A stretch of 64,000 nucleotides of DNA from the human T2T-CHM13v2.0 reference genome, Homo sapiens: assembly GCF_009914755.1 (NCBI RefSeq), contig NC_060935.1; one strand, 5' to 3'. Below the pieces are notes generated by a model. It was not told where the DNA came from and made no database searches. It saw only the letters and a list, made by a program, of their open reading frames with translations. A program made the position numbers and the translations under genes. Shown here one piece after another: positions 38,111 through 56,285 of this stretch (position 1 is its first letter; every line of letters starts with the position of its first letter).

Positions 38111-39290
38111 AGAAGTTAAAAAAATTATTTTTTAAATGAGGCCAGCATAACCCTAACATCAGAAAAGACAAAGGAAGCACAAAAGAAGAAAAGCTACAGT
38201 CAAAGCTCCTAAATAAAAGTGCTGACAAATTGAATAATGCAGTACATTAAACCATGTGAGGTTGAATTTAAATGTGCAAGGATGGTTCAACATTCTAAAA
38301 TTGATTATGTAATTACTTCATTAATAAATTTAAAGAGAAAAATACGATTATCTCAATAGGTACAGATTTAAATAGACACTTCACCAGAAACAATATATGA
38401 ATGCCTAGTAAGCACATGAAAGATGCTCAACATCAGTAATCATTAGGAAAATGCAAATTAAAAATCACAATAAAATACCACTTCCTACAACAAGACACCA
38501 CTTCCTAAGATACTAGTCCTAAGGACTAGAACTGTATAATTTAAAAGATAGGTAATATCAAGAGTTGTCGAAGATATGGAGAAACTGGAACCCTCACAAA
38601 TTGCTGGTGGGAAGGTAACGATCATTTTGTAAAAGAGTTTGGCAATTTCATAAAAAATTAAACATAAACTTAACATATGATCCAACAATTTCACTCTTAG
38701 TAACTAATTCTAAAAATACTTCTAAATGAAACCACATACCCTCACAAAGACCTGTACATGAATATTCATAGCAGCATTATTCATAATAGCCATAAACTGG
38801 TAAAAATCCACATGTGCATCAGGGGTAAGTAGATAAACAAAATGTGGTATATCCACGCAATGGACAACTATTCAACAATATAGAAGAGCAGACTACAGAT
38901 ACATGCTACAACATGAACGTACCTCAAAAGCATTATTCTAAGTGAAAGCAAGCCAAATGTAAAAGACTACATGTTTTATGATTCCATTTATATGAAATGT
39001 GCAGAAAAGAAAAAAAAAGAGGCACATTTAGAGAGACAAGAAGGCAAATCTAGAGAGATTAGTGGCTACCTGGGACTGGGATAGGAATAAGATTGAGTAT
39101 AAACGAGCTGAGGGAACTTTTTGGAGTAGATTTGTTTTGAAACTGGATTGTGGTGATGGTTGCACAACTCTGTGGATGTATGAAAAATCATTGTATTTTT
39201 ATTGTAAAACAAAAATATATCCTACATTGTAAAGGATGCACAAATATCTTTTATGGTATTTAAATTAAACTTCAATAAAGCTGTTAAAAC
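38111..39290 (+). mobile_element. Old L1M ORF2 and 3' UTR fragments
   Basis: 'gaggccagcataaccct', 'aaatgcaaattaaaatcacaat', 'atgattccatttatatgaaatgt', 'aataaagctgtt'. Confidence 0.75.
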
Positions 39291-39400
39291 TCACATTTAG
39301 AAAAATAGGAAACTGCTGCTTTCTTTACAAAATATATCTAATCAGTACTCCATGAAAAACTGTTTGATGGCGATGAAACTGGATAAAAAAATGCAAAGAG

Positions 39401-39743
<343 letters not shown>

Positions 39744-39928
39744 TTAAGTTTGGGGTATGATTACCTAAGAGATATAAACAACTTTAAGAAGAGCCCAGAG
39801 AAATAACAAAATTTTTTTAAATCTTTAAAGGTAGGAACTGTAAGTAAAATACTAAAACAAGTGAAATTGCTTGACCTAAGAAAAGCCTAAATCATGGGTC
39901 ATTATGTCATGATGGCAAAAATTGTTCA

Positions 39929-40408
<480 letters not shown>

Positions 40409-42188
40409 TCACCTGTTTTCCTGTCCTAGAGCTCACTCATTCTGAAGATAAGACTTCACATTGAATTTGCATTGAATTCTGGGGTTCTTGGGGGTGGGAG
40501 GACTTTAATTGAATCATTAATAAAAATTTTGCATTTCCTTCCCCACCCACCTCTCTGTATAGAGGAGAAACTGGGTAAAGAGAAGCTTGCGTTCTCAAAT
40601 CTTGAGAGAATACCATGATTTAACCATTCTTGCCATCTGATTAAATTCACCAGTCTAACATGAGAAGTTGTATTTTGAGGCATTTAATCTTTTTCATATA
40701 AAAAAGGTATTTTTGTTTTTAAAAAAAGTTCTTTCCTTGTAAAATATATTCTGGCTTTAACATATTATCTATGTTTCTGATAATCAAGTTATATTCCAGT
40801 TTAAAGCACTGTTATAAATGCAAATAATTATCCCTGTCAGCACTCACTGAAACTCTCCTTTTTTATAATTATTTATAATTGGTAAACAGTATCTTTTCTT
40901 TACTATTGTTTCCTTTGTGTTTCTAGAGTATACTAATTAAAACAATTACTACACTATTAAAAACTACAACAAGCATATTAACAGGAAAAAAACCACAACA
41001 ACAAGTATTAACTACAAATACACTGGTGGCCTAGTGCCGCAACTGTAGGCCTTCTGCTCAGTTCTAAATCTTGGTCATTAAACATTTAGTTATTAAATAT
41101 TCAGTATGTGCCTTTGGAATTATCTCCCAAAGTGGAACACCCTTAGACTGAAGGCAGAAAAACAGACACATTTATTGATTAAGTAACCAAATATAGGCTC
41201 TTTGTCCAGAGACAATGAATGCAAAGTTTCCAGTGCCTTATGGAGTAAGAAAATGCTCCTATTTACATGTGATATCACCATTTTTCTAAACAGATGAATC
41301 AATTTCTCCATTAGTTTTCACAAACATCTCACTTGGAGCATATGATACCTATCTTTCTTTACAGAAAATCCATTCAGACACATGAAACATACAAAAAGTT
41401 TCACAATCCAACTTAGTTCTTTGGAGAGCATCTATTCCTTCATTCATCAAATGTTAAGTGAACACATACTATGTTCCAGGCACTACTTCAGGTACTAAGT
41501 GAATAAGACATGCACAATTCTTGCCTTCATAGAGTTTACAATGGAACTGTTCCAGAACATTTACTTGGGTAAACCAACAATGCTGTTAAACCTATTTCTA
41601 TTACACAGGACTTAGCTTCTGCAACAGAGTGAGTTACTCACAGACAACATTTTATTTCTAAATTAACACATTTATATATTTTGAAAGCAGCCACTATAAT
41701 GGTGCTAAATAATGTATCGTAGCATTTATTTGACATTAGGGAACACTTAATTTGAATAAAATCTTCAAGAATAAACACTTGGCACATTAATTGTACTTAG
41801 GACATAAATATTAATACACAGGAAAATTTTCAATAAGAAATACAGACTTTAGAATTAATTTAGTATCAAAAGCACACGCAAGGTGTGCTTTTCTCTAAAT
41901 CTGTAACACATTTACATCAAATTACCAGACATAATTTTGAAATTAATTAGAATTCAGAGCATCTGTTTGCTTGCTATTAACTAATGATTTAGAATTATTC
42001 AAATGAATATGTACTTTAAAAACACATTCAATAGCTCCACTTAACTTGCAAAATTATTCTTGTCAGTTACAACCTCTTGTGAAATTTTTATTTTTTAGCA
42101 CAAGCCACTTATTTTCTGGCTGCTCAAAAGCTAGCAACATGTGTCTAAAAAGAGGATGTACTTTGCCACTTTGCTATCAAACTGTTTA

Positions 42189-42377
<189 letters not shown>

Positions 42378-43004
42378 TTAAATATATTTGACAAATTAAT
42401 ATCCGCTGTTGAAAAATTTGAGGGCCAAGCATAGTCTGTCCTGTTCTATTCTCTCATTTATAAATGCTTCCTCCACATTTCTAACCTTAAGGAGCCATTT
42501 TCTTTGACTCCCTCACCTCTACCCATTTCCCTGTGACCCCAGCTGGCTGCTCCTCATGATGAGTGGCCTGGGGAGTGTGAAGGAGGATCCTACCCATGCT
42601 TAGGTATTCCCAGGAGGAGGGAGATCATCTTAGTCACAAACCCAGCCAGGTTTCCCATATCCTTCGGTCTTCAAATACAGGATTACTTCTTTACTTCTAT
42701 GCATATGTTACTGTCAGCATAAACATTTTAACACACTGTAACTTGGCTACATATATACAAACTATACTTATTTCAGTATATTTTTCTACAACATCAACAC
42801 ACATTTTCCTACTCTTTATGTAGTAAAATAAAAAACAAACAAACAAAAACCCTTGAGACACAAAATCTCCAGTTGAACATGTCAGAGCTCAGGTACAATT
42901 TTTATGTACATACAAATAACCATGTACCAAACACTTCCTTTGCAAATAATTAATTCAGTTCATATCCATTGCAAACATTTCCCTAGACTTAAAAAGTTAT
43001 ACAC

Positions 43005-43378
<374 letters not shown>

Positions 43379-44214
43379 TCATTTATAGCTCCCTTACACA
43401 ATCCCCAGGCTTTGTTTTTGGAATTTTTATTGTTTCCATTGCTCTTCTTGTCTCTTTTTACATAAATACCACACAGCTTTAACAAACATATCATTATGCT
43501 TTTATCCTTGCCAGGGCAGATCTCCCTGCTGCCTCCATTGTTCTTCTTTTTCATTGTTGGCTATTTTTACCCATTTGAGAATAATCTTATCAAGTTCCAT
43601 GAAAAATGTTGCTAAGATTTTGTTTGGAATTATACTGAATTTATAGCTTAATAGGGAAGGACTGACAATAGCATAATATTAAGCCCTTGAAAAAATCGTT
43701 TCCCTCTGCCTAGAAAGCCTGCCTTTTTAATTTTTTTCTGAGTTTGTATTCCTCAGATCAAATATTGCTCCTTCAGTGAATTCTTTCCTGACTTTCCAAG
43801 CCAAATGAGGTAACTTAAACTCCTGTAATCCTTGTGCTTTATATGGCTTTCCACTGGGGAGATTATCATGTTGAATTACAACTTGTTTTCAATAATCAAT
43901 CTCCCACCAGCCCAAGTTCCTTGGAGAGCAGGGGCCTTGTCTTTTAATCTTTGTAATCTAGGACCAATCTCAGTGCAGTAGGTGCTCGGGAACTATCAGC
44001 TGGATGAACCACTGGGTTCCAGTACCAGCTCTAGCACACCAAACCATGTCACTGCACCTCTCTGGAACAAAGTTTTTGTTCATCTGTAAAGTGAGAAGGT
44101 TCTAAAGTCACATGTAAGCCAAACTAACCTCGAAGGAAAAAAACGGGGGGAGGAGCAGCAGCAGTAACACCTAAGAATAGTAAGGCAATTAGAATAATTT
44201 TTAAATGTAGTTTT

Positions 44215-44480
44215 TAAAGTACTGTGAAACCACTCTGTATGATACTATAATGGTGGATAAATGACATTACACATTTGTCAAAACCCCAAGAGTGAATCCT
44301 AATATAAGCTATGGACTTAGGGTGACAATGATATGTCAATGCAATATATCAATCTAGTGGGGGATTTTGACAGTGGGGCAGGTTGTGCATAAGTGCGAGC
44401 AGGGGAGTATATAGAAAATCTCTCTACCTTTGGCTCAGTTTTGCTGTGAATCTAAAACTGCTCTAAAATAAAGTCTAAAA
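44215..44480 (+). mobile_element. L1MC-type 3' end fragment
   Basis: 'gtgaaaccactctgtatgatactataatggtggata...gtgaatctaaaactgctctaaaataaagtc'. Confidence 0.7.
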
Positions 44481-44764
44481 AGACAAAAAAATGCCTAGAA
44501 CATACAGATTCTAATGTTATGATTAATAGATGTTTTGGGAAACTTCACCTTTACCATTGATTTGTCTACTTTTGATTTTATAACATTAGCTTCTCTTCAA
44601 ACTGTTGAATAAAAAATGTTCATAATTTCATCTTCGTTCATATTTCTAATTAAAACATATCTAAAAAGAAAGTTAAAAAGGAAACATTTTTAACTAAAAA
44701 TTAAATCTTCTATATTAGCAGGTGTTATTTATATGACTATGAATCTGGAATACAATTACCCTTA

Positions 44765-44965
<201 letters not shown>

Positions 44966-45646
44966 TTATATATATAAAAGAGAGAGAGAGCAAATTATAT
45001 ATCTGGGGATCTTTAAAATGTTATATATCACATATACAATCACAGTCATAATCATTAATTTATTCATTCAAAAGTATTATCTATTATGTACAAGATACCA
45101 TACTGGATACTAGAGAAACAAAAAGGTAAAGACATAGTATTTATCCCCAAGAAGCTCACAAATAGTTATCATTACAGTATCATGTGATAAGTGCTAATGG
45201 CCCCAAATGCCATAGAGTTACAGAAGAGGGGCAGCCTCTGTCTAAAGAATGCCCCTTGAGAAGAAATATTAAGACCAGGTCTAGATGTCTGAATAGGGAT
45301 TTATAGATAGAGAATGTGGGAAAGAATAGGCAGAGCACATGGTATTTACAAAGACTCCAAAGCTTGAAACAGCACTGTCTGTTAAAAGAATAATCTCAGT
45401 GTTAATAACATGGAGAACTTGGTAGGGTGGAGAACAATGAAGTGGTGAGGAGTGAGGCTAGAAAGAACAGGTTGGGGCCAGGTTGTAAAGAGTTCTGGAT
45501 ATCATGATAAGGAGTATGGATTTTTTTTCCCATATGCAATAAGGAGCCACTGAAGATTTTTAAGCTAGTGCCGGGGTTGCGGGGTGCACGTGTATGATAT
45601 TACCAATTGTGCATTTCTAAATGAACATTCTAGCAGTAATGTAGAA

Positions 45647-45963
45647 CAGGGCTCAACAAACCTTTGCTATAGAGATCAGACCCAATAGCAAATATTATTG
45701 GCTTTGAAGGCCATGGAGTCTCTTTCACAACTACTCAGTGCTGTTGCTGTAGCAGGAGAAAGCAGCCATAAACAACACAACAAAACTTTACTTCTAGACT
45801 TGAAAATTTCAGGTTTATAGAATTTTTACATGACATGAAATATTACTCTTTTACATTTTTGCAACCATTTGGAAATGCAGAAACTTAGCTTATGGGCCAT
45901 TAAAAAAAAAAAAACAGGTAGCAGGCCCAATGTGGCTCTCAAACTGTAGTATGCTGACTTTTG
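45647..45963. mobile_element. MER58B-like hAT MITE
   Basis: cagggctcaacaaac...caactactcag...gcaggcccaatgtggc...tagtatgctgac. Confidence 0.65.
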
Positions 45964-46924
45964 TTTCTAGAGGGTAGATGTGAGGCATAGAATCGAGACA
46001 AGAAGGAGGGAAATGAAAAGATTTAAAAATACCAACAAGAAAGAAACAGTGGGACTTAGTGACTAATTGGGTGTGAGTGGTAAGAAGTCATAGCTGAAAT
46101 GCCTCTTCCATATTTGCTGTTCATGTGGGGCCATATTAAGATCACTTTAGGTATTCCAACAGCCAAGTCATCTATTGAGTCAAAAAAGATTCACAGTCAA
46201 CTAAAAAGCAAGTCTTTTTCATACATATTTCTATTCAAACACAGGGTACCCTTTATGTCTCCTTTATAACCTATGCTGCTAGATTTTTGTTGTTTTTAAG
46301 ATCTTGAAGTCTGATTTTGTTCTTATAAGCACTGTTAGTGCAATTCTGTGTTCAATCAGTAAGTATGAAAACAGGAAGCGAAGGTTAACATCCTTTCTTC
46401 CTATAGCGCAATTCAGATTCACTGAATCTCAGGCAGTTTTAGAATTTCAAAAGTAACTGCAAAATCTAACACATAAATAAGCTTTTGAACTGGACCATAT
46501 TTTTTCCATTGACAGGACTGTACAGTTCACTGGTACATAAAATGATAAGTGAACTATTTGGAAGGAAAGGTTGGATTAGCAGTACTTGAAATATAAATTG
46601 GTCAATTTTAAATATATAAGTTGGTCAAAGTTATATAAGTTATAACTGTTTTATAATTATTAGAAACAACTGTGTAGACCTGGAGAACACTTAGACTCAC
46701 AAGAAACCATAGCATAGTCAGACTGGATGATCAGTACCATGGCACAACCAATCAGGTGGCAATTTCTATTAATACTTAAGATAGCTTCAATAGAAAGTCT
46801 ACATGCTTGTGTGTATTTATGAGGCAGAGGGTGTCAGACCTGATCTACATGAATTAAGGGAAAGCAATACATTGGAAAAATCACAGATGATGGTTTCCTC
46901 TGCCTTCAAACTTACTCTAGATTT

Positions 46925-48240
46925 AGACTCCTGCTTGTACCCATAATGGAGTAACAAAGACCAGACTTATCTTCCTACCTGAAACAACTTAAGAACTGGG
47001 CAAAATATATAAAACAATAATTTTTAGACATTAAACATCAGCCAGCATAGGGTAGTTATTCCTGAGAGAGAGGAAATACATGAGGCATTCCCCACGATTA
47101 TTCTAGCTTGCTGTCTAGGGAGTTTCTAGACCACAGAAGAGGGAGAGGGAATCCAAGCAGAGCCTAGCAGTCTCCATGAGTAGAGGGCATGGAGTTGGAA
47201 GCCCAGGAAGGTCAAGACAACTAAAGTTCACAGGACGGAGCATCAAAGAGGAGAATGCTGTAGAGAGAGAAATCTCCAGAGATTTGCAGAGGATCCCCTC
47301 AATTCTTCAGGAGAGCATGAATCAACACATGTGTATGAGGAAACTACCCAAAGCTGGGGGGGAAATATGCAAAAAGGGCAGAGGGAACAATCACTGGAGC
47401 TTACACACAGCCAGGAACAGCTGTGTTCCCATGAGCTGGAGGTAAACCTCGTAATTCATGGAGCACTGGGGAGAGCCCCTCAGTAACAGGAAAAAATTAG
47501 TCCTAAAGGTTGCTTTGGTGCCACCTAATGAAGCTTAAAGCAAGCTTCAAAAAGTATCAAACTTTCCAAGTGACTTACCTATATCCTAGAATAAAGCTTA
47601 AGAATAATCATTAGAATATTAAAATATCTAGCATCCAACAAGGTAAAATTCACAACATCTGGCATCTGGCCAAAAATTAACAGGCATATAAAGCAGCAGG
47701 AAAATAGAACCCATAATGAAGGGGAGAAAAAACAATAAATTGAAACTGATCTAGAAATGACACCCATGACAAAATCAGTAGAAAAGGACATTAAAACAGT
47801 TATTATAACTCTATTCAAGAAGACCGAGCGTGTTAAGTAGACACATGGAATATATAGATATATATATATATTTTAAAACCAAATCAAATTTCCACTGGAA
47901 GAGATTAACAACACATACAATACTACACAGAGAGATTACTGAATTTGAAGACAACAACAGAAACTATACAAAATGAAACAAGGAGATAAAAAATGATTTA
48001 AAAAATGAACAGAGCATCAGTGAACTGTGGACAATATCAAGCAATCTAACTTGGAGACCACAAAGTGGGGTGAGGGGAAGGCAAATACAAATGTGAGGAA
48101 ATAATAGCCCCCAATTTCCTAAAATTGATGAAAACCATAAACTCACAAGTCCATGAACCCCGAACACAAAAAAAAACATGAAGAAAATGATATCAAGGCA
48201 CATTATAATCAAATGGCTTAAAGCTGATGATAACGAACAA
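46925..48240 (+). mobile_element. Old L1M 5'/ORF1-region fragment
   Basis: 'caacaaggtaaaattcacaacatctggcatc', 'aaaatgaacagagcatcagtgaactgtggacaat', 'aaggcacattataatcaaa'. Confidence 0.65.
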
Positions 48241-48464
48241 AACTATTCTAAGAAGATTTGGGGATAAAAGAAATCACAAGTCTAAGACTGAAAAGGGCAG
48301 AGACTTTGGGCATCATTGCCATATACTGCTCTTATAAAGGATAACTGTGGTCTTTAATTGTTATCAAGCACCCCTAATGAATCAAGCATAAGGCACAACC
48401 CAAATTGACTATTACTACCTTAGAGACTGGCCTAGGAGACAAAGAACAATAGAGAAACATTTAA

Positions 48465-48690
48465 TGAGACAGATGCTTTATATCAATTGTCTCATTTAAT
48501 CCTTCAACAGCAACCAAGTGAGGTCAACACTGTTATCAAGCCCATTTTACAGATGAGGAAACTGCAATATGGGCAAGCTGAATAACTTGTCCATGGTCTC
48601 ATGGATAACTAAGAAGTGGTGGAGCCAGGATTCAAATGCACAGGCAATATGATTCCACAGTCCATACGCCTAATCCGTACATTATTACTC
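48465..48690. mobile_element. MIR
   Basis: MIR core 'cccattttacagatgaggaaactg...ggagccaggattcaaa'. Confidence 0.8.
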
Positions 48691-49270
48691 TTCTAAGAGA
48701 AAACACCCAAGCCCACAAGCATTAAACTGTCTGGAGGCAGAATGGCAAATAATCCAGGCTTCTGAACAACTCTAAATAAAAATTACAGGTAAAGAGAAGA
48801 ATGATAGCATCTAGGGAAATATGAAGATAAAACATATCAGTAAGACATAGATGAAAAAATATCTCCTACAAACTGCAGTGAAAAATATACCCATACCAAT
48901 TTGATTATGTAGTTAACTTTGCAAAATTATGAAAATATTCCAATAAACTTTAATGGAGAAACTAAGGATCAAAGCAAAAGGAAAGGCACCTCTAAGAAAG
49001 TTCTAATCACCATTTGGTTGTGTATGAAGTTGTTGTAATTTTAAACATTTGTTTTCAACATGCCACCCAGAACATATTACTGAAGACATCAATCTAATCA
49101 TCAGACATCTAATTATGCAATCAATAATAAAAGTCCTCCAGAATGTTCTCATCAATCTCCAGTGACAGACTCATGGCCAAGGACATGAGCAACTGTGCCC
49201 CAAAGGGATTATTTCAGAATGGAATGATATTCATTTTGTAATAATAACAACTTTCAAAATGCAGCACCTA

Positions 49271-49426
<156 letters not shown>

Positions 49427-49865
49427 TCACTCCTACATTCCTTGATAGAAAAGTTATTTTATGTTTTCCTACTTTTTTTCCTGTAACTTCATATTTGAAG
49501 TGAATTCATACATTTTTTGAGATGTTTCTTTTTCAAATGATATCATGCCATTTATTCCTGTGATCAGATTAAATTATGCCCCTTCTTTCCTTTGTCCAAT
49601 TTTAAGTTACATATAATTTTGCCTCAAGCCACATCTGTTTCTTGAATTGTTTCTATAACTTAGCTACAACATGGTATCTGTCTCCTCACAAAACTATGAA
49701 AATTACTCCAACTTTTAATAGGCTTTTTGATATTTCCTTTAAAAATATGTTGATCCCTTGATGTTAGCATAATAAAAACAAAATCTACTTCCAAGGACAT
49801 AAATTGAGGAAGAAAAAAAACAAAAAGTTTTTCTTTGTTTTGCTGTTGTCTTGTTTTGATTTGAT

Positions 49866-49914
49866 TATATATATATATACATATATATATACACACACAT
49901 ATATATACATATAT

Positions 49915-49972
<58 letters not shown>

Positions 49973-50130
49973 GTATGTATGAAAAAATAATAGGCAATGA
50001 GATTCTACACTCGGCTCTGCACTGTTATTTCCTGGCCTGCCTGGTTAACTGAGGGAGAAACAGGGAGAGAGACGGAAAGAGAGAGAGACAGACAGACAAA
50101 GAGAGACAGAGACAGAGAGAGAGAGAGAGA
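49866..50130. repeat. Compound (TA)n/(CA)n microsatellite (49866-49980) and GA-rich repeat (about 50060-50130)
   Basis: Direct observation. Confidence 0.92.
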
Positions 50131-50656
50131 TCTTGCCTTCAGATGTTAGATGTCTCCTAACATTTAACACTCACCATGCAGATAGCAAAAGGTAAAGTCA
50201 GTAACACTCCAAGGAGCACAAGGACTTCATTCGGGTGTAGGTAATTGATAATCTACAATGTCCTCTATCTCAGAAATTCTAGAAGGGCTTTCTCCACCCT
50301 CACCATCACCGCCCTGCCAAATCATCACCCCTATTGATCTTGAAATTGTCATTATTTGAGGATAAGCATTGTCCTCATTTATTTCTAATAAAAAAATCTC
50401 CCTGCAAGGGATAAAAAAGGTCCTATTCCTCCACCTCCCATCCACCTGATTTGGGAGAGTACATAATGGTTCTTAAGGGAGTGGAAATGGATTAGTCATA
50501 AGGCAAATTTTGCCTAATTAAAATTTTACCTAGTGTCATTCCAGCTTCCAATTACCTTTGCTCCTCAACCTTTAGCATCTCAGGAGTGGGTGGGATGCTG
50601 CCCATCATACTATGCCCCACCCAAGGATTAAGTCACATTTAAAGGTTAACCTAGAG

Positions 50657-51012
50657 CAGCAGTCCCCGACCTTTTTGGTACCAGGGACTGATTTAATGGA
50701 AGACAATTTTTCCATGAACCAGGGTTGCGGGAGAGGGCATGGTTTCAGAGTGAAACTGTTCTACCTCAGATCATCAGGCATTAGTTGGATTCTCATAAGG
50801 AGCATGCAGCATAGATCCATAGATCCCTCACATATACAGTTCACAGTAGAGTTTGCACTCCTATGAGAATCTAATGCCGCTGCTGATCTGACAGGAGGCA
50901 GAGATCAGGTGGTGATGTTCACTCGCCTGCTGCTCATCTCCTGGTGTGCAGCCTGGTTCCTAACAGGCCACGGACAGGTACCGGTCCAAGACCTGGGGGT
51001 TGGGGACCCTCG
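50657..51012 (+). mobile_element. MER1B hAT MITE
   Basis: TIR-like ends cagcagtccccgacc / ggttggggaccctcg; 8-bp TSD acctagag / acctaaag. Confidence 0.88.
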
Positions 51013-52155
51013 ACCTAAAGGATCAAGAGAAATAGTGACTGTGAGGAGTGAATTTTTGTCTAGACTAGATATGGAAAGTTACCCCAATTTCTCCTAATAT
51101 CCATCTCAATTCTGTTTCTCACCCCTTCCCAAATGGCTTGGCCTGAATATAACACAATATTACACTATTCACTTCATATACTGACTATATAGTTTTATCT
51201 TACTATCTTTTGGTCTTAAAAACTCTCAACATCAATATAAATATGAAAGATTATTAATTCCTAAAGTTGCAAGTAGGTATGATAGTTATATAACCCAAAA
51301 ACTGAACCCCTAACCCTAGCTAACACCAAAGGAGAAAAGGAAATAACACCTTAGGTAGCACTTAGGATGCTACCCGAATTCTAAAGATTTCTAGAAAGGC
51401 TCTTAATCCCTTTACTAAGATTGATATGTTACCTTACTAAACATTAGGGACAAATGGTATGTAATTTGCTACAGTTTGTTTTAAATAATACATAAAACCT
51501 ACCATTTTGTTTTTTAAATGTGGTATTTATCATCACAAATCCTAGGGGAAAACACCATAATGTTGTTTGGTTTTTCCCAGGCACAGAAATGAAAAAGGTT
51601 GATGAAATGATCAGGTGTAAAGTCTGAGGTCTTAGATTTTATCGTCAAGAGAAGCTCAGTCGTTCCCCAGTTCAAGAGGAAATCTAGTGAGGAGTGCAGC
51701 AGATAAAAGAGTATAGCAGTAGTTAGTTGAAGCAAAAAGTGGTTCAACATGAAAGAGCAGGCAGGATGAATAAACAGAATTAGCGAACAGTGAGGAAATG
51801 AAAGGAGAGGATAGGAGAAAAGTATATCAAAACAAAATCAGGAGAGAGTATCTGCACTTCTAGCTAAGATATCTCTAGCCCACAGCCCTATGCCTACAGA
51901 ACACTGAGAACCAGCCCTTATCTTCAGCAAACTCTGGTAAAATTTACCTATTTTTTGTTATATTGGTTATGTTATTCCTTTCATTTGTTTTTTCCAGGCA
52001 GCACTTGCCTACTTGAGTTCAGAAACTAGTCCCTTTCCGGGAGGCTAGAGAAATGCCACGCTTCTCTGGGGGATCAGCCCAGGCCTGGGACCTCAGGGTG
52101 AGAGGCAGCTTGTGTTAGTGTAAAAAGCTGTACTGTCCACACCCACCCTGCACTA

Positions 52156-52338
<183 letters not shown>

Positions 52339-53273
52339 CTATGCCATTCATCAGCTATTAAAAATGAACATATAATACTGACAGATACTCACCCAAGGGA
52401 AAAGAGATTCTGCTCCAAGTTAAAATCAAATAGAAGACACTATATATTTGCTTCAATATTAATAAACACATCTTAATTAACCAAAATAAGCGTTGATGAA
52501 TTTTATTAAGTGTCCTTTGGAGGAAAACCATAAAAATCCTAATGGTGAAATGTGGAAAAACTCAAAAGTATAAAAATGAATCTCTTTCAAACTATAATAT
52601 ATTAATGAAATATCTTCATAAGAAAAAGGAGAAATGATTTATATATATACACACACATAAGTGTGTGTAGATATAAAATACATTCACCCCAAAACATCCC
52701 AAATTTCTGAGAGCTATACTACAAAATCGACACATAGTAACTACTGAACAAATGTTTCTTTATTTAACAACTAATGCTTTTCCTGTATCTTATGAAAAAT
52801 CACTTTTGATTCCTTTTGCTTTAAAAAAAAAAAAGCAATATGTGACAAAAATTTCAACACAGATCAGCACTGAGAAAAAAATAACCACTACCCATAAAAC
52901 CATCATCCAAACCAAGAATCCATCCTCTTATCATTTAACTTCTGCTTATAAAGAAAGAATACATTGGTTTTGCCAACATCACCATTTTGGTTTGCATTGT
53001 AAATAATAAACAGCTAAACTCATTTACACCTTCATTTCTTATCAATTTGGTTTTGGGGGAGTCAGTCTCCCTGATCCAAATCAACTCCAGGGAATTAACA
53101 AGAGTTTCTGGACCCATCGTGCATAGGAACCAGAACATGGGAGAGCAGCTGAACTAATGCCACTAGGTAATGCCCTGGTTGGGTCAGCTAGTCAAAGCCT
53201 TCCATAGAAATGCCACTCTCAAAATGCCACTCTCTCTCTCTCTGTATGTGTGATCACTTTCACATTCACCATG

Positions 53274-55864
<2,591 letters not shown>

Positions 55865-56285
55865 CCATGCAACAGGTAAATTAGAGGCTTGTCTTCGTAT
55901 TTTCTAATGCTTACATTCCCTTCTTTTGTAACAGAAAATTCAACGCCCAACTAATTACTCACCTCCTTCATGAAGGGCTTCCTTGTTTAACACAATTGTG
56001 TCTGTTCTGTTATTTTTACTCCTTTCACCATGTATGCATTGGTCCTCAAACAATATTATTGCTTTTTTGTTTACAAACCTTTTGGCTTATTTTTTTTTCT
56101 TCCAAGATGGTCTAAAAGCTCCTAAAGGTGCTGTTTCTTTTGTATCTCTTAAAAAAACCTAGCTCTTCTCTCTTCCTTGATACCACTTAATAGCACATAA
56201 TAGAATTAAAGTCAGAAAACTTAATTATAAAATAGTACAAAACATAATTTTATTCTTATATTTATATGCAACTCTCAACTGTATA

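Noticed and set aside
49660-50052. CV/HT/YI-repeat ORFs
   Set aside because: Microsatellite translation artefacts.
55950-56060. Strong minus-strand donor GAG|GTGAGT at 55963/55962 as a cryptic exon
   Set aside because: No convincing upstream acceptor seen; isolated consensus donors are common.
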